This document shows, one piece after another, positions 1 to 10,771 of a stretch of 44,097 nt of DNA; position 1 is the stretch's first letter; every line of letters begins with the position of its first letter. Source of the DNA: Actinomycetota bacterium (GTDB taxonomy: Bacteria > Actinomycetota > Acidimicrobiia > Acidimicrobiales > JAMCPL01). The stretch covers positions 1-44,097 of the forward strand of contig JAMCPC010000122.1 in NCBI GenBank assembly GCA_023379725.1, read 5' to 3'. The notes below the pieces were generated by a model. The model did not search any database and was not told where the DNA came from. It saw only the letters and a program-made list of their open reading frames with translations. The position numbers and the translations under genes are program-made.

Positions 1-146
1 CCACCTCCTCCGCTCTGTAATGCGGCCATACCTAAAAGCCATTGTGGGACACAGGGACTCCCTGGGCATATATCGCATATCCGAACCGTTGTAATACAAC
101 AATTGGACCGCCTCATCCGTCTCTCCAGATAGATAATCGATTTACA

Positions 147-1004
147 CTAAATATCGGACTTCAATACAGTCATAGCACCGATCCCGGAAAATAGGGCAGT
201 ATAGCCAAGTAGTACGATGCTCCCACCCCACCAGGGAAGCAACGATACCTTTGCCCCTACGCCACTTGCATCGGACGGTACACGCTCCAGCGCCATGAGT
301 GCAGTCTGAGGCATGTACGGGACTATATGAGGGGCAATTATATACAGAAGAGCTATCAGCGCAGTACCGATAGTGAGGAAGCCTACTCCAGAGATGATGG
401 CAAGCACCTGGTTGTGAATCAGGCTTCCGATACCAACTCCTACCAGCACAAACAGCACAAACCCCGCTAAGTCCTCTGGCAGATATATAAGCGCATTTCG
501 CAAAAATGCGCCCAGATCAAGATTCCACACAGCACTGAACAGTACTCCTACTGCCGTTGAGAGTATGCTGACAAGCACTCCATAGAATAAGCCCCAAATG
601 ACCGATGCAACCAGCTTCGCTTCGAGCACCCTCACCCTTTGCGGCTCTACCAGGTAAGTGAAGGAAGCGGTGCTGTACCTGTACTCCCCTGTAACACAGA
701 TTATACCCAAGACTACACCAAATACCTGCGAGTAGTTATACGCCTGATAAAGGATATAAGGGTACCATCCGTAAGCACCGTAGCTGGTAGGCCCGATACC
801 CGATCCTGAACCGACAAAAGCGGGAGCGGAATTGGTAATACTCATATGAGCTATATGAAGAAATAATATGATGACCAGCAATGCAATGACTGCACCACTG
901 GCCATCAATACCCAGTAAGACCTGAGGGTACGATATTTCAACAGCTCGGCACGTACCAGCCGGATCATTAGCTTACTACGCCTATTCCGCACCGTTGGGG
1001 ACAT
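147..1004 (-). CDS. ABC-2 type transporter permease
   Basis: 285-aa ORF with about 6 hydrophobic segments. It lies 12 nt downstream of an ABC ATPase gene on the same strand. Confidence 0.7.
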   Translation of the reverse strand: MSPTVRNRRSKLMIRLVRAELLKYRTLRSYWVLMASGAVIALLVIILFLHIAHMSITNSAPAFVGSGSGIGPTSYGAYGWYPYILYQAYNYSQVFGVVLGIICVTGEYRYSTASFTYLVEPQRVRVLEAKLVASVIWGLFYGVLVSILSTAVGVLFSAVWNLDLGAFLRNALIYLPEDLAGFVLFVLVGVGIGSLIHNQVLAIISGVGFLTIGTALIALLYIIAPHIVPYMPQTALMALERVPSDASGVGAKVSLLPWWGGSIVLLGYTALFSGIGAMTVLKSDI

Positions 1005-1016
1005 GGGCCAGTGTTC

Positions 1017-1907
1017 CTATCTTCCATTCGAATTACCGGTTAAATAAAGAAAAGCCTCTTCTAACCCCCTGGAAGCAGTCATCTCGTACACAATAATCTG
1101 ATTTTGCGCTACCAGCGCACCGACCTGCTCCAGCGGCAAGCCGCTTACATCTACCGTGCCGGAACCATTCAAGTACGCCATTCCTCCGGCTGCCTGCATC
1201 ACCTGGACCATCCTCTCCGGTTCAGGCGTACGGAACCTTATCTCCACACCACCTATGCCCTTAACGATCTGATCCAACGGACCCGAGGCCACCTCATGAC
1301 CGGCAGCAATAATTACAACATCATCAGCCAGCTGGGACATCTCACTGAGCTGATGCGATGACACGAGCACTGTCTTCCCCTGAGATGCCAACCATTTAAG
1401 AAAATTTCTCAACCAGGCGATACCTTGTGGATCAAGTCCATTCCCAGGCTCATCCAGGATAAGGACAGAGGGATCTCCAAGTAGCGCCATAGCAAGAGCC
1501 AGCCGCTGGCGCATACCAAGCGAATATGCACCGGCTTTCCTGCCAGCATGCTCACTTAGGCCAACGAGCTGGAGTAATTCGCTTATACGTTCGTAGGGTA
1601 CTCCGATAGAGGCTGCCCCAATCATCATGTTTGCTGCAGCGGATCTTGCCGGGTGAGCTACCGTAGACTCAAGTACTACGCCTACGTGTTTTGCCGGATC
1701 TATAAGGTTCTTGTAAATGGTGCCATTGACCGTTGCAGTGCCAGAGGTAGGTCGCACCAAGCCGGCAACCATCTTTAAAGTAGTTGTCTTTCCAGCACCA
1801 TTGGAGCCCAGAAACCCGGTAACCCTTCCCGGTATGGCACGAAAGGTAAGGCTATTCACCGCCAGCAACTTCCCGTAGCGCTTGGACAGCCCGCTAACTT
1901 CTATCAC
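1017..1907 (-). CDS. ABC transporter ATP-binding protein
   Basis: Walker A GSNGAGKTT, ABC signature YSLGMRQRL, Walker B VLILDEP and H-loop SSHQL are all present in the translation. Confidence 0.9.
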   Translation of the reverse strand: MIEVSGLSKRYGKLLAVNSLTFRAIPGRVTGFLGSNGAGKTTTLKMVAGLVRPTSGTATVNGTIYKNLIDPAKHVGVVLESTVAHPARSAAANMMIGAASIGVPYERISELLQLVGLSEHAGRKAGAYSLGMRQRLALAMALLGDPSVLILDEPGNGLDPQGIAWLRNFLKWLASQGKTVLVSSHQLSEMSQLADDVVIIAAGHEVASGPLDQIVKGIGGVEIRFRTPEPERMVQVMQAAGGMAYLNGSGTVDVSGLPLEQVGALVAQNQIIVYEMTASRGLEEAFLYLTGNSNGR

Positions 1908-2120
1908 GACATCCTCCTCACGGCTGAAGCCGGGTGCTTGTGCTCGTTGCTTTAGTCATCTCACTTACTCTACCAGAATGCACCAAGCAAGTAGTTGTAT
2001 GGCGGTAGGAATGACTGCTACCTTACACTACTGTATGTTTACCGTACTCTATCATAGCCAGTAAAATAGCTCAAAATAGAATGCAAGTCCCATTCGTAAG
2101 AACAAACCGGGACGCTACAT

Positions 2121-2284
2121 TAGTAGCTTATCCTGTAGATTACCATGGAGTCCCGCTAGCCAGATAATATCCCTGACGGCGTTCTTGCTCTCGACATAGC
2201 TACCGGCTACGCCTTCGTCTGCGGTCTTGCCAGATAACGGCACCTGACTAGCCGGATAACGTCACGCTATTTGCCGGACAGGCT
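2121..2284 (+). repeat. MITE-like intergenic repeat, copy A1 (degenerate ends)
   Basis: Contains ...taccatggagtcccgctagccagataatatccctgacggcgttcttg...gctaccggctacgccttcgtc...ccagataacggcacctgactagccggataacgtcacgctattt. It is collinear with the copies at 23304-23635 and 35958-36125. Confidence 0.75.
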
Positions 2285-2285
2285 A

Positions 2286-3371
2286 TTAATAGGTAATTAC
2301 CTGCCTTATTGCTTCCCCCCTCTTCATCACCTGAAGTGCATCGTTTACCTCAGAGAGATCTATCTTCCTGGTAATCATCCCTTCCAGATCCAAGCGACCA
2401 CTCTTCCACAGATGAAGAAGCATCGGGAAATCCCGGCGTACATCAGCCGAACCATACAACGTCCCTTTTATATATTTATTGGTGAAGAAAAGCTCGAAAG
2501 CGTTGAACTCCAGGGTCTGATCCATTCTCCCGGCTCCTACTATTACAGCTGTACCTCCCCTACGGGCATGGTCATATGCCGCACGCATGGTCTGCGACAA
2601 TCCGATGCATTCAAACACATAGTCAAAACCATCACCATCGGTGACTTCCGACTTCACCGCGTCAAGCTGATCTGGGAGTACCGCATGGGTGGCACCAAAT
2701 CTCTTGGCATCTTCCAATTTGGACGGGACTGTATCCATGGCAACTATCTCTGCCGCACCGGCAATCCTGGCACCCTGTATAGCTGCAATGCCTACCCCAC
2801 CACAGCCTATTACCAGCGCATTGGAGCCAGGCTTCAATTCTGCACAATTAATAGCAGCGCCTACACCCGTAGTTACTCCGCAGCCGAGTAACGCTGCTAT
2901 CTCAAAGGGGATATCACGAGGTATAGCTATAGCTGCCTCTTCGGGCAGGACCACCTCTTCCGAAAAAGTTCCCGTACCAAGAAAACCGTACGCCGGATCC
3001 TGACCATTAAATGTGAAGCGCGGGATAAAGCCAATATTCATAGTAATTTGTACACAAAGATTTGGCTGCCCTCCCAAGCAAAATTTGCAACGTCCACATG
3101 GCGGTATCCAAGCTACTACGATATGATCTCCTACCGATAGGTGTTTTACTCCGCTACCCACCTCTATTACCTCTCCCGAACCTTCATGCCCCAGAACTGC
3201 CGGCGCAGGCTGTGGCAATGTGCCATTCATAGCAGAGAGATCTGAGTGGCAGACACCACTTGCATGAATACGTACCCTGACTTCGCCCGGCTGCAGATCT
3301 TTGGCAGTCTCCACGTCATCGCGTATATCCAGGGTCTCATCGCCAACTTGCTTTAACATCGCTGCACGCAT
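2286..3371 (-). CDS. Zn-dependent alcohol dehydrogenase (class III / mycothiol-dependent formaldehyde dehydrogenase-like)
   Basis: Catalytic Zn ligands GVCHSD...GHEGSGEV, structural Zn motif CGRCKFCLGGQPNLC, and Rossmann motif VIGCGGVG. Confidence 0.85.
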   Translation of the reverse strand: MRAAMLKQVGDETLDIRDDVETAKDLQPGEVRVRIHASGVCHSDLSAMNGTLPQPAPAVLGHEGSGEVIEVGSGVKHLSVGDHIVVAWIPPCGRCKFCLGGQPNLCVQITMNIGFIPRFTFNGQDPAYGFLGTGTFSEEVVLPEEAAIAIPRDIPFEIAALLGCGVTTGVGAAINCAELKPGSNALVIGCGGVGIAAIQGARIAGAAEIVAMDTVPSKLEDAKRFGATHAVLPDQLDAVKSEVTDGDGFDYVFECIGLSQTMRAAYDHARRGGTAVIVGAGRMDQTLEFNAFELFFTNKYIKGTLYGSADVRRDFPMLLHLWKSGRLDLEGMITRKIDLSEVNDALQVMKRGEAIRQVITY

Positions 3372-3470
3372 ACAAAACCTCCTCAGTCATTCGTGCCGTA
3401 CGTGCGTTACACACGTACCATCTCTATATATTAACCATTGGAGCACGAAATGCGCTTAACGTGCAAATCC

Positions 3471-4541
3471 TTATCTGGTACCGGAAACCCTACGGATTGG
3501 TAGCGGTTCGCTGAGAGCAGCATACCTACCATTGAAAACAGGGTCATCTCCATAGATGCTGCTACCCGCTGGCAGCGCGTACCTGTCAGGATCGTGACGT
3601 GCATCATCTCCATCTTCATTGCTAGCAATCAAATGGCGTGCATGTGCCGGTCTTCTAGTGCTCATGCCGGAGATGCGTCCATTGGCCACATGTGCCATGG
3701 TAGAATGATGCATTCTGGTTGTATTCATTCGAGTGGCATGTGCCCTGGTAGCACGCACCCTGGTTGCATTCAACCGAGCAAGCAGTACTATATATGTCAC
3801 TGCCGCTGCAACTCCCAGCACGCTCAGGATCATCATAAATCCCAGCGCCGGAATCAACCCGAATAAAAAGAAAACGACTGCGGAACCGATCAACCCTACC
3901 AATGTCCTGCGCCTACGCAAAGCAGTCGAAGTAGACACATGCTGGTTCCTCGTATGGCTGTGTCCATCATGCATACTATCCTCGTTATACGATTTATTGC
4001 TACCGTACGATCTGTCGCTACGTGGTGGAGGTGCCTCGTATAATGAGTCATCATCCATATGAGGGTCACTACTGTTACGAGATAAACTACTCACACTGCT
4101 TCCTACCTCGACTACAGGAGCTGGGGTAGAATACGTGGAAGCTGGAGAAGAATAAGCATAATCATTATTCTCCGTTTCTCCGTCGTAACCGGTGAATCCA
4201 TTTGAAACAGAGTAATCGGACTCTACCCGCCCCGTTGCTCGTACTGCTTGAGAGCCTACAACCCTTACCAGGGAGACCTTCTCACGACTTGCCCAACTTG
4301 CATCACCGGTAACTACATTGGTCGACTGGAATGCAGAGAAATAGGATGCTTCACTGGCTGGATTATGGCGAAAACCGTCAATGGGGGCCAGCTCAGCATG
4401 CTTTCTTCTCAGGGTCTTTAGCTGCCGTTTGAATGCCCATACAGAGTGCGAAGACATCCGTTCTTTTCGCCGTTTCCAAAGTTGCGAACCTAGAACCACT
4501 ACCCACACAATTGCAAGTAAAATAAGTACAGTCACGCTCAC
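3471..4541 (-). CDS. Hypothetical membrane protein (N-terminal TM anchor followed by an R/K-rich stretch, Ser-rich linker, central TM pair, His/Arg-rich tail)
   Basis: 356-aa ORF. TM segments are VTVLILLAIVWVVVLGS and LVGLIGSAVVFFLFGLIPALGFMMILSVLGVAAAVTYIVLL. I recognise no catalytic motif. Confidence 0.5.
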   Translation of the reverse strand: MSVTVLILLAIVWVVVLGSQLWKRRKERMSSHSVWAFKRQLKTLRRKHAELAPIDGFRHNPASEASYFSAFQSTNVVTGDASWASREKVSLVRVVGSQAVRATGRVESDYSVSNGFTGYDGETENNDYAYSSPASTYSTPAPVVEVGSSVSSLSRNSSDPHMDDDSLYEAPPPRSDRSYGSNKSYNEDSMHDGHSHTRNQHVSTSTALRRRRTLVGLIGSAVVFFLFGLIPALGFMMILSVLGVAAAVTYIVLLARLNATRVRATRAHATRMNTTRMHHSTMAHVANGRISGMSTRRPAHARHLIASNEDGDDARHDPDRYALPAGSSIYGDDPVFNGRYAALSEPLPIRRVSGTR

Positions 4542-4695
4542 AATCTCCTTACCATCTACCCTTTCGGACAGGATATCATTGATCGTTCCACCTGTGGTGG
4601 ATCTTGGAAAAATAATTCGTTGACCTGGATCGTAAAGAGAAAATGAGGAAGGGGCTGTAGCAAAGATTAGCTGCAGATATCTTCACCGCAAGGTG

Positions 4696-5400
4696 TCACG
4701 CGGCGGGAGCACGTTCACCATCGGGACACAGTATCCCTAATCCGAGCTCACGTGCAGCATCGACCGACCCATCGTAGACTCTTAACCCATATACGTAAGC
4801 AAAACAGCGTTCCGCTACTTGTGCATCCGCCAGAAGTCCGTCCAGGTTGGCTGCAAAGTGCCTCACGTCAGCAGGACGAAGCCTGGTCTTTGCTTCAATA
4901 ATTACAGTTGCCCCATTGCCATCAGGATCTTCAACGCGTGCCAGCACATCGATTTCCCCGTTTACTTGGGCAGATGTAGGCTCGGATAGAAACCACCAGC
5001 CCTTTCGCTCCAATACAGTGACAATAACGCTGGAGGCATCATCTTCAACGACACCACCCACAATCTGAGAAAGCCTTCCTACTTCTGTCCGTAGGCTGGC
5101 CTGACCCTCTTCCAGCCTGGCCTGACCCTCTTCCAATCTAGTCAGCCGCCTGTCAGATGCCTTTTCCAGCCTGGCCTGACCCTCTTGTAGGCTGGCCTGA
5201 CCCTCTTCCAATCTAGTCAGCCGCCTGTCAAATGTCGTCTCCATGTCATCTATTTTCTGAGCCAACTGAGCTACGGTTCCCTCTAAGCGAACAGATGCCT
5301 CGGGTAAAGCACGCAGTTCCTCTGTAAGCAATATGGCGCGCATCTCTTCTCGTAATGTCTCGTCACGCTTAAGCTCTCTAATTATTTCCAATATATCCAT
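4696..5400 (-). CDS. Coiled-coil protein with C-terminal PD-(D/E)xK nuclease-like domain (DUF3782-like architecture)
   Basis: The N-terminal half is heptad-like repeats (RLTRLEEGQARLEEGQASL). The C-terminal half has EIDVLA...VIIEAKTRL, which fits a D...ExK restriction-endonuclease-fold motif. Confidence 0.5.
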   Translation of the reverse strand: MDILEIIRELKRDETLREEMRAILLTEELRALPEASVRLEGTVAQLAQKIDDMETTFDRRLTRLEEGQASLQEGQARLEKASDRRLTRLEEGQARLEEGQASLRTEVGRLSQIVGGVVEDDASSVIVTVLERKGWWFLSEPTSAQVNGEIDVLARVEDPDGNGATVIIEAKTRLRPADVRHFAANLDGLLADAQVAERCFAYVYGLRVYDGSVDAARELGLGILCPDGERAPAA

Positions 5401-5648
5401 GATGTATAGTTTACACCTTAGGTGTATTGCCTATAGACAAGCAGCTTAAAATACCAGCTGTGCCAACCAGAGGAATTATCGGCCAATCAATAATGCCTGC
5501 TCCTGTATCTTGTTTGCCACTTACATGTCATTCAGAGTCGCCAGCCGTGAAAATTCCCGGAAAGCCGCGTTTTGGATCTGCTGGTATAGTAGATAAGAAC
5601 AATTTTTCGTTTGCCCTGGTTTCAACGGCATTTACGCCCATAATTTCC

Positions 5649-6347
5649 TTACGGCTTACATTTATCATGACATGTCTTTTCTAGGGTGCAGCAGAGCGAA
5701 CATACAGTGCCCTCATACACCACCGGGCAATAGGCCAAATCGGGGGTCTCGTACTCATTGCCACAGGCCAGACACGTATCGCTACCCAATTCCTCCCCAT
5801 TTGCAATCGCATCTGCATATGGATTTTCGCGAGCTATGTAATACTTGCCCTTAGTAGCAATTGCAATTACAGGTGAGAGCACCATCGCTATGCCGAGCGC
5901 CAGGAATGGCGAGAACGCCTGCAATAGTGTTCCTAACCCTCCGAAGAACGCATAGATGGAGACTGCCGATGCAATAATCATGGAGCCAAATCCTACCGGA
6001 TTGATCTTGTAGAGGTGCGCACGCTTGAACTCCACATAGGATGGGCTGATCTTTAGCAAGGGCTTGTTGATCACGAGATCTGCTACAACGGCACCTATCC
6101 AGGCGACCCCTATATTGGAATAGAACCCAAGAACGCTATTGAGGAAACCAAACACCCCCAACTCCATCAGCGTAAGGGCAATTCCTACGTTAAAGAAAAT
6201 CCACACCACCCTACCCGGATGCGAGTGAAATACCCGGGAAAAGAAGTTTGACCAAGAAAGCGAGCCAGAGTATGCGTTGGTTACGTTAATCTTTACCTGA
6301 GAGAGTACAATAAATCTCGCTAAGCATATAAAGAAGGTGACGATAGA
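5649..6347 (-). pseudogene. 5'-truncated NCS1 (purine-cytosine permease-like) gene with a Cys-rich C-terminal tail
   Basis: The frame is open from 6347, but the first start codon is GTG at 6209. The upstream in-frame peptide INVTNAYSGSLSWSNFFSR..., followed by FLNSVLGFYSNIGVAWIGAVVADLVI, resembles the TM8-TM9 region of NCS1 permeases. Only about 5 TM segments remain. The tail is CLACGNEYETPDLAYCPVVYEGTVCSLCCTLEKTCHDKC. The ureD stop lies 27 nt upstream, so there is no room for the N-terminal half. Confidence 0.45.
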
Positions 6348-6374
6348 TTACGAGTCCCTTGGTCGAATGTACGG

Positions 6375-7169
6375 TCAGGTAATGTAGTGATGCTGTAAAA
6401 GAGCACCCGCAACCTGGCGCAATGTCACCAGATCCCTTGCAACTGCACTCACCATCACGCCAGGACCGTTCAGAGGCATGCAGGTACCGCGACCAACAGA
6501 CTCCACTTCCTCTGGACGTTTCGAATGAACTTCTCTGGTATGTCCACCTGAAGATACTGTATAATCGTCTAAAGATACTGTATTTTGGCAACAGAATGTA
6601 TCTGCACCTGCAATAAAAATTGATCCTATCGCTTCGTTGCTCCCGGCAACTGCCGGACCGTTCCATCCGGGCCGTCGTGTAGAAAACTCGCTGCGTACCA
6701 GAGGCTGGTCGGCAATATCCGCAGAAAGTCGGGAACTCCACTTTCCCGGCTCTTCTCCCTGGCGCCCCAGAACCAACTCGTCTCTCCAGTACAGGTTGGA
6801 ATTCTCGGCCATATCTACCGTGACATCTACATAATGGTCGCATCCAGAACAAGCCACAGCAGGCTCCACCAGCCACCAAAGTGAGGCTTTCTCGGCCAGG
6901 TGCGCACTTATGGACATCATGGAGGAAAACTTATGAAGTCCCCGGCGAGCCAGACTGGCAGCTGTCGATCGCACTACGAGTGATACGCCGCTTTGCAGCT
7001 CAATTTCCAGTCGAAGATCGTCTCCTCCCAGTGGTGAAGCAGCTCCACCTACTATGTAAAGCGCTTCATTGGCCGGCCGTAACAGTATAGGCGCATCCGA
7101 GCGGAGTTCGTCGTAACGAGTGGTTCCACCGGGAGATGCACTTACAGCTACCCGTGCATGTGCCTTCAT
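6375..7169 (-). CDS. ureD: Urease accessory protein UreD
   Basis: 264-aa ORF at the last position of the urease cluster. Its start overlaps the ureG stop (ATGA). Length and position match UreD/UreH. Confidence 0.8.
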   Translation of the reverse strand: MKAHARVAVSASPGGTTRYDELRSDAPILLRPANEALYIVGGAASPLGGDDLRLEIELQSGVSLVVRSTAASLARRGLHKFSSMMSISAHLAEKASLWWLVEPAVACSGCDHYVDVTVDMAENSNLYWRDELVLGRQGEEPGKWSSRLSADIADQPLVRSEFSTRRPGWNGPAVAGSNEAIGSIFIAGADTFCCQNTVSLDDYTVSSGGHTREVHSKRPEEVESVGRGTCMPLNGPGVMVSAVARDLVTLRQVAGALLQHHYIT

Positions 7170-7819
7170 GCACGCTCAATATCTCGTAGCTTTACCAATG
7201 TCATGCGTATCCAGTCTGCTGCAATACGACCACCTGCCGGGTCACGCAGTGAACACATTACCGTAGGACGGGAACCTCTCTTGGCCTCTGCGTCGGTTTG
7301 CATGACATGCAAATCAGCTCCCACCATCTCTGCAAGATCTACTTTATTGATAACCAGCAAATCCGACATGGTGACTCCCGGTCCACCTTTTCGCGGCACT
7401 TTGTCTCCTCCGGATACATCCAGCACGAAGATCTGCACATCGACCAGCCCGTAACTAAAGGTAGCCGTCAAGTTGTCGCCTCCGCTCTCCACCAGTACAA
7501 GATTGAGATCAGGAAACCTGCTCTCGAGTATCTCAATAGCTCCCAGATTGGCTGCTATATCATCTCTTATAGCAGTGTGGGGACAACCTCCAGTCTCTAC
7601 AGGAATGATCCTATCCTGGTCCAAAACACCTGCCCGCTTAAGGAAATCCGCATCCTCGGTAGTGTAAATATCATTGGTTACCACAGCCATCTCCAGCTCG
7701 CCTGCAAATTCACGACATAATGAAGCTACAAGTGCCGTCTTTCCGCTGCCCACCGGCCCTCCTATGCCAACCCTCAGTGGCCCTTGCCTGGAAGGCCAGA
7801 TTCCCGGTGTTGCGTCCAT
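7166..7819 (-). CDS. ureG: Urease accessory GTPase UreG
   Basis: P-loop GGPVGSGKT plus ESGGDNL and NKVDL motifs. I chose the ATG at 7819 (MDATPG...), 16 nt after the ureF stop. The longer ORF to 7960 would overlap ureF. Confidence 0.9.
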   Translation of the reverse strand: MDATPGIWPSRQGPLRVGIGGPVGSGKTALVASLCREFAGELEMAVVTNDIYTTEDADFLKRAGVLDQDRIIPVETGGCPHTAIRDDIAANLGAIEILESRFPDLNLVLVESGGDNLTATFSYGLVDVQIFVLDVSGGDKVPRKGGPGVTMSDLLVINKVDLAEMVGADLHVMQTDAEAKRGSRPTVMCSLRDPAGGRIAADWIRMTLVKLRDIERA

Positions 7820-7835
7820 ACCATCAGCGGTCAAT

Positions 7836-8690
7836 TCATGATGCAAAGAGACGCACCTCCATCTCTGCGTGAGCCTCCGAATAATAGTCGAGCAACGGAG
7901 ATGCAGGAGCAGGCAACCTCGCCCAGTTGTGGAGAGCGGCCTCAGCGGAGCGGGCTGCATCTACCGCCGTTGATGCCACCTGATCAATCTGCGTGCCAAG
8001 CGCTACAACCGATGCCGTCACTTCTGCCGGATCCAGCGCAAGTAACTTAAGCGAGGCAAATGCCGGCATAACGACCGATCCATATACCCCTATAAGCGCC
8101 GTTTCCTCGACACTCAGACCGGCTACGGCTGCGCATGTCCCTACGGCAACTGGATAGTGAACTCCCTCACCAAAAGTAGCACTCAAACGGCTCAGCAGCG
8201 GTGATGACCATACAGTAGCTGAAGTACGCAAGAGCTGGCGTCCCAATGATCTGGACGTTCTTCGCTGTGCAGGTGACACTACGCGAACATCCATCTCCCT
8301 GTCCAGCCGATGCCAGGAGTCATCTAAATCTTCCACCCCGTTGCCGGACACTGAGATACTGTTTCCTCCTACAACAATCCAGGATGCTGCAGAAAAGCAC
8401 CCACCAGAAAGTCCTGCAGTCCATAACCGGCCTTCGAGAAAAGCACGCAAGGATGCCAAATCCTTCAATGCACCTTCGTCTACAGCTCCCTCTAGCCCAC
8501 CGGAATGAGCATAGCCACCTGCAGGGAACCTCCCATCGGCCATCAGTAGCGCCGCAGAACATACAGAAGTAGGACATGCCTCATCTCTGTCTGCCACCGC
8601 CCCATGCCGACCCTCTCCCGCAAAGATGCCATCGGGCACCTCATCACTCGGCCACGCTATAGCCCTGTCCGCGCACTCAAGCCGATTCAA
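7836..8690 (-). CDS. ureF: Urease accessory protein UreF
   Basis: Contains [17 protein letters not shown], the typical UreF motif. The start overlaps the ureC stop by 4 nt. Confidence 0.85.
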   Translation of the reverse strand: MNRLECADRAIAWPSDEVPDGIFAGEGRHGAVADRDEACPTSVCSAALLMADGRFPAGGYAHSGGLEGAVDEGALKDLASLRAFLEGRLWTAGLSGGCFSAASWIVVGGNSISVSGNGVEDLDDSWHRLDREMDVRVVSPAQRRTSRSLGRQLLRTSATVWSSPLLSRLSATFGEGVHYPVAVGTCAAVAGLSVEETALIGVYGSVVMPAFASLKLLALDPAEVTASVVALGTQIDQVASTAVDAARSAEAALHNWARLPAPASPLLDYYSEAHAEMEVRLFAS

Positions 8691-10396
8691 AACAGGAAAT
8701 ACCTTTGAGCCATGGGCAGTTCATCCATCGGCTCCACATCCACCAACTCTCCGTCGATCGTCACTGCAAAGCTATCCGGATCCACCTCTATTCTGGGCAA
8801 TGCATCATTGCCCGGCATGCCTAACTTACCGCGCCGCCTGACATCTGCCACAGGAACAATCCTCTTCCCGACTCCCAGCTTATCCCTGATACCATCTTCC
8901 AGAGCAGCTTCGGCTACAAAAACCAGGCTGGATGCACTTGCAACCACTGGAGATGCTCCCCACATCGGGCGTGGCAGCACCGGCTGCGGTGTCGGTATAG
9001 ATGCATTGGCATCGCCCATCTCTGCCCATGCAATCATCCCCCCCTTCAGAACTATATGAGGTCTCACCGCGAAAAATGCCGGCTCCCAAAGGACAAGATC
9101 GGCAAGCTTGCCAATCTCGATAGATCCTATCTCGCTCTCCATTCCATGCGCGATCGCCGGACATATCGTATATTTCGCAATATATCGCTTAACTCTATTG
9201 TTGTCAGCGCTACCGTCTCCCGGTAACGATCCTCTGCGCAGTTTGTTGACATGAGCAGTCTGCCACGTCCTAATGAGCACCTCCCCAATCCTACCCATAG
9301 CCTGAGAATCCGAGCCAATCATCGATATGGCTCCCATATCGTGGAGTACGTCTTCGGCGGCAATTGTGGAAGGCCTGATTCGACTCTCTGCAAAAGCCAG
9401 GTCTTCCGGTACTGCAGGATTAAGATGGTGACATACCATCAACATGTCGAGATGCTCATCTATAGTGTTGACCGTGTAAGGGCGTGTAGGATTTGTAGAG
9501 GAAGGCAATACATTTGGCAACCCCGCAACAACAATGATATCCGGTGCATGGCCGCCACCCGCTCCTTCCGTATGGTAAGCATGTATCGCCCGACCGCCAA
9601 TAGCCGATATTGTACTTTCTACAAAACCCGCTTCATTCAGTGTATCGGAATGGAGTGCAACCTGCACCCCAGAATCATCTGCCACCTGCAGGCAGGTATC
9701 AAGTGCAGCCGGAGTAGCACCCCAATCCTCATGCACCTTGAATCCACCGGCACCAGCTCTCAGCTGCTCCCACAGGGCCTCCTGCGAAACCGTATTACCT
9801 TTCCCAAGCAGAAGCACGTTCACAGGCAACGGATCCATAGCCTCCAACATCCTCGTGATATACCATTCACCAGGAGTCACGGTCGTTGCCTTGGTACCCT
9901 CTGCCGGCCCGGTTCCACCTCCAACAAGTGTGGTTATCCCCGCCCCAAGCGCTTCCTCGACCAGTTGCGGGCAGATAAGATGAACATGACAATCAATAGC
10001 TCCGGGTGTAAGTATTTTGCCATTACCGGCAAGAATCTCGGTAGAAGGCCCGATAACCAGGCCTGGATCTACTCCATCCATAATGTCGGGATTGCCCGCC
10101 TTGCCTATGGCACTAATTCTCCCGTCACGAATCCCCACATCAGCTTTGAAGATGCCATGGTGATCAAGAATCACTGCTCCCGTTATTACAAGATCGGGAG
10201 TTCCATCTGCTCTGGTAGCGGTAGACTGGCCCATGGATTCCCTGATCACCTTGCCTCCACCAAATACAGCCTCGTCTCCACGACTGCATAGATCATCGGT
10301 CAGCTCTATAAATAAATTGGTATCGGCCAATCGTATCCTGTCTCCGGTGGTCGGGCCATAGAGCAAGCGGTACCGTTCTCTGCTAATATCAGCCAC
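8687..10396 (-). CDS. ureC: Urease alpha subunit UreC
   Basis: [31 protein letters not shown], the carbamylated-Lys region GFKVHEDWG, and MVCHHL. I prefer the GTG at 10396, which is preceded by the SD GGAGGAGG at 10403-10410. Confidence 0.95.
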   Translation of the reverse strand: MADISRERYRLLYGPTTGDRIRLADTNLFIELTDDLCSRGDEAVFGGGKVIRESMGQSTATRADGTPDLVITGAVILDHHGIFKADVGIRDGRISAIGKAGNPDIMDGVDPGLVIGPSTEILAGNGKILTPGAIDCHVHLICPQLVEEALGAGITTLVGGGTGPAEGTKATTVTPGEWYITRMLEAMDPLPVNVLLLGKGNTVSQEALWEQLRAGAGGFKVHEDWGATPAALDTCLQVADDSGVQVALHSDTLNEAGFVESTISAIGGRAIHAYHTEGAGGGHAPDIIVVAGLPNVLPSSTNPTRPYTVNTIDEHLDMLMVCHHLNPAVPEDLAFAESRIRPSTIAAEDVLHDMGAISMIGSDSQAMGRIGEVLIRTWQTAHVNKLRRGSLPGDGSADNNRVKRYIAKYTICPAIAHGMESEIGSIEIGKLADLVLWEPAFFAVRPHIVLKGGMIAWAEMGDANASIPTPQPVLPRPMWGASPVVASASSLVFVAEAALEDGIRDKLGVGKRIVPVADVRRRGKLGMPGNDALPRIEVDPDSFAVTIDGELVDVEPMDELPMAQRYFLF

Positions 10397-10712
10397 GAGC
10401 AACCTCCTCCAATTGCCCACCTGCAGATCTTCGCAACCCGGGAACTACCCGCCTACCGGATAACGGGACGAGCTTCACCTCCCTGGCTATGCCCGGTTCA
10501 AACCTGGCAGACGTGCCGGCAGGAATATCAAGTCGCTTACCCCAGGCTTCGTCTCTATCGAAGTCAAGTGCCGGATTTGCCTCGCTAAAATGATAATGAG
10601 AGCCTACCTGGACAGGCCGATCACCCGTATTGCATACCAGCAGCACGGTTACCGGACTACCCTCGTTGATCGTCACGGGATCGGTACCCACTATCACTTC
10701 GCCGGGTATCAT
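10389..10712 (-). CDS. ureB: Urease beta subunit UreB
   Basis: 107 aa. MIPGEV...[19 protein letters not shown] is the canonical UreB sequence. Confidence 0.95.
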   Translation of the reverse strand: MIPGEVIVGTDPVTINEGSPVTVLLVCNTGDRPVQVGSHYHFSEANPALDFDRDEAWGKRLDIPAGTSARFEPGIAREVKLVPLSGRRVVPGLRRSAGGQLEEVARG

Positions 10713-10771
10713 GTTCTGCTGTCTCTCGTACTCACTGCCATACTCCTGCCTCTCTAATTACCCAACATGGC

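Noticed and set aside
1-100. Possible ninth repeat fragment (ccattgtgggacacaggg resembles ttgcgggacactaca).
   Set aside because: Only about 11 nt match convincingly, and the flanks do not align with the family.
3398-3418. Perfect 7-bp-stem hairpin GTACGTG-N7-CACGTAC between the membrane-protein gene stop and the ADH start.
   Set aside because: It is real in the sequence, but it has no U-tract and no second copy. I cannot tell whether it is a terminator, an operator or chance.
6286-6879. 197-aa ORF in an alternative frame of ureD.
   Set aside because: It overlaps ureD on the same strand, has a Cys/Arg-rich composition and shows no motifs.
7820-7960. N-terminal 47-aa extension of the ureG ORF.
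   Set aside because: It overlaps the 3' end of ureF and has an Arg/Cys-rich non-UreG sequence. The internal ATG at 7819 gives a normal UreG N-terminus just after the ureF stop.
9251-10291. 346-aa ORF antisense to ureC. Similar long antisense ORFs occur at 26983-27918 and 25739-26356 (opposite clpC and radA) and at 2271-2891 (opposite the ADH gene).
   Set aside because: Each lies entirely within a well-supported conserved gene on the other strand. Their translations are low-complexity (Ser/Pro/Arg-rich) with no recognisable motifs. This is a typical shadow-frame artefact.
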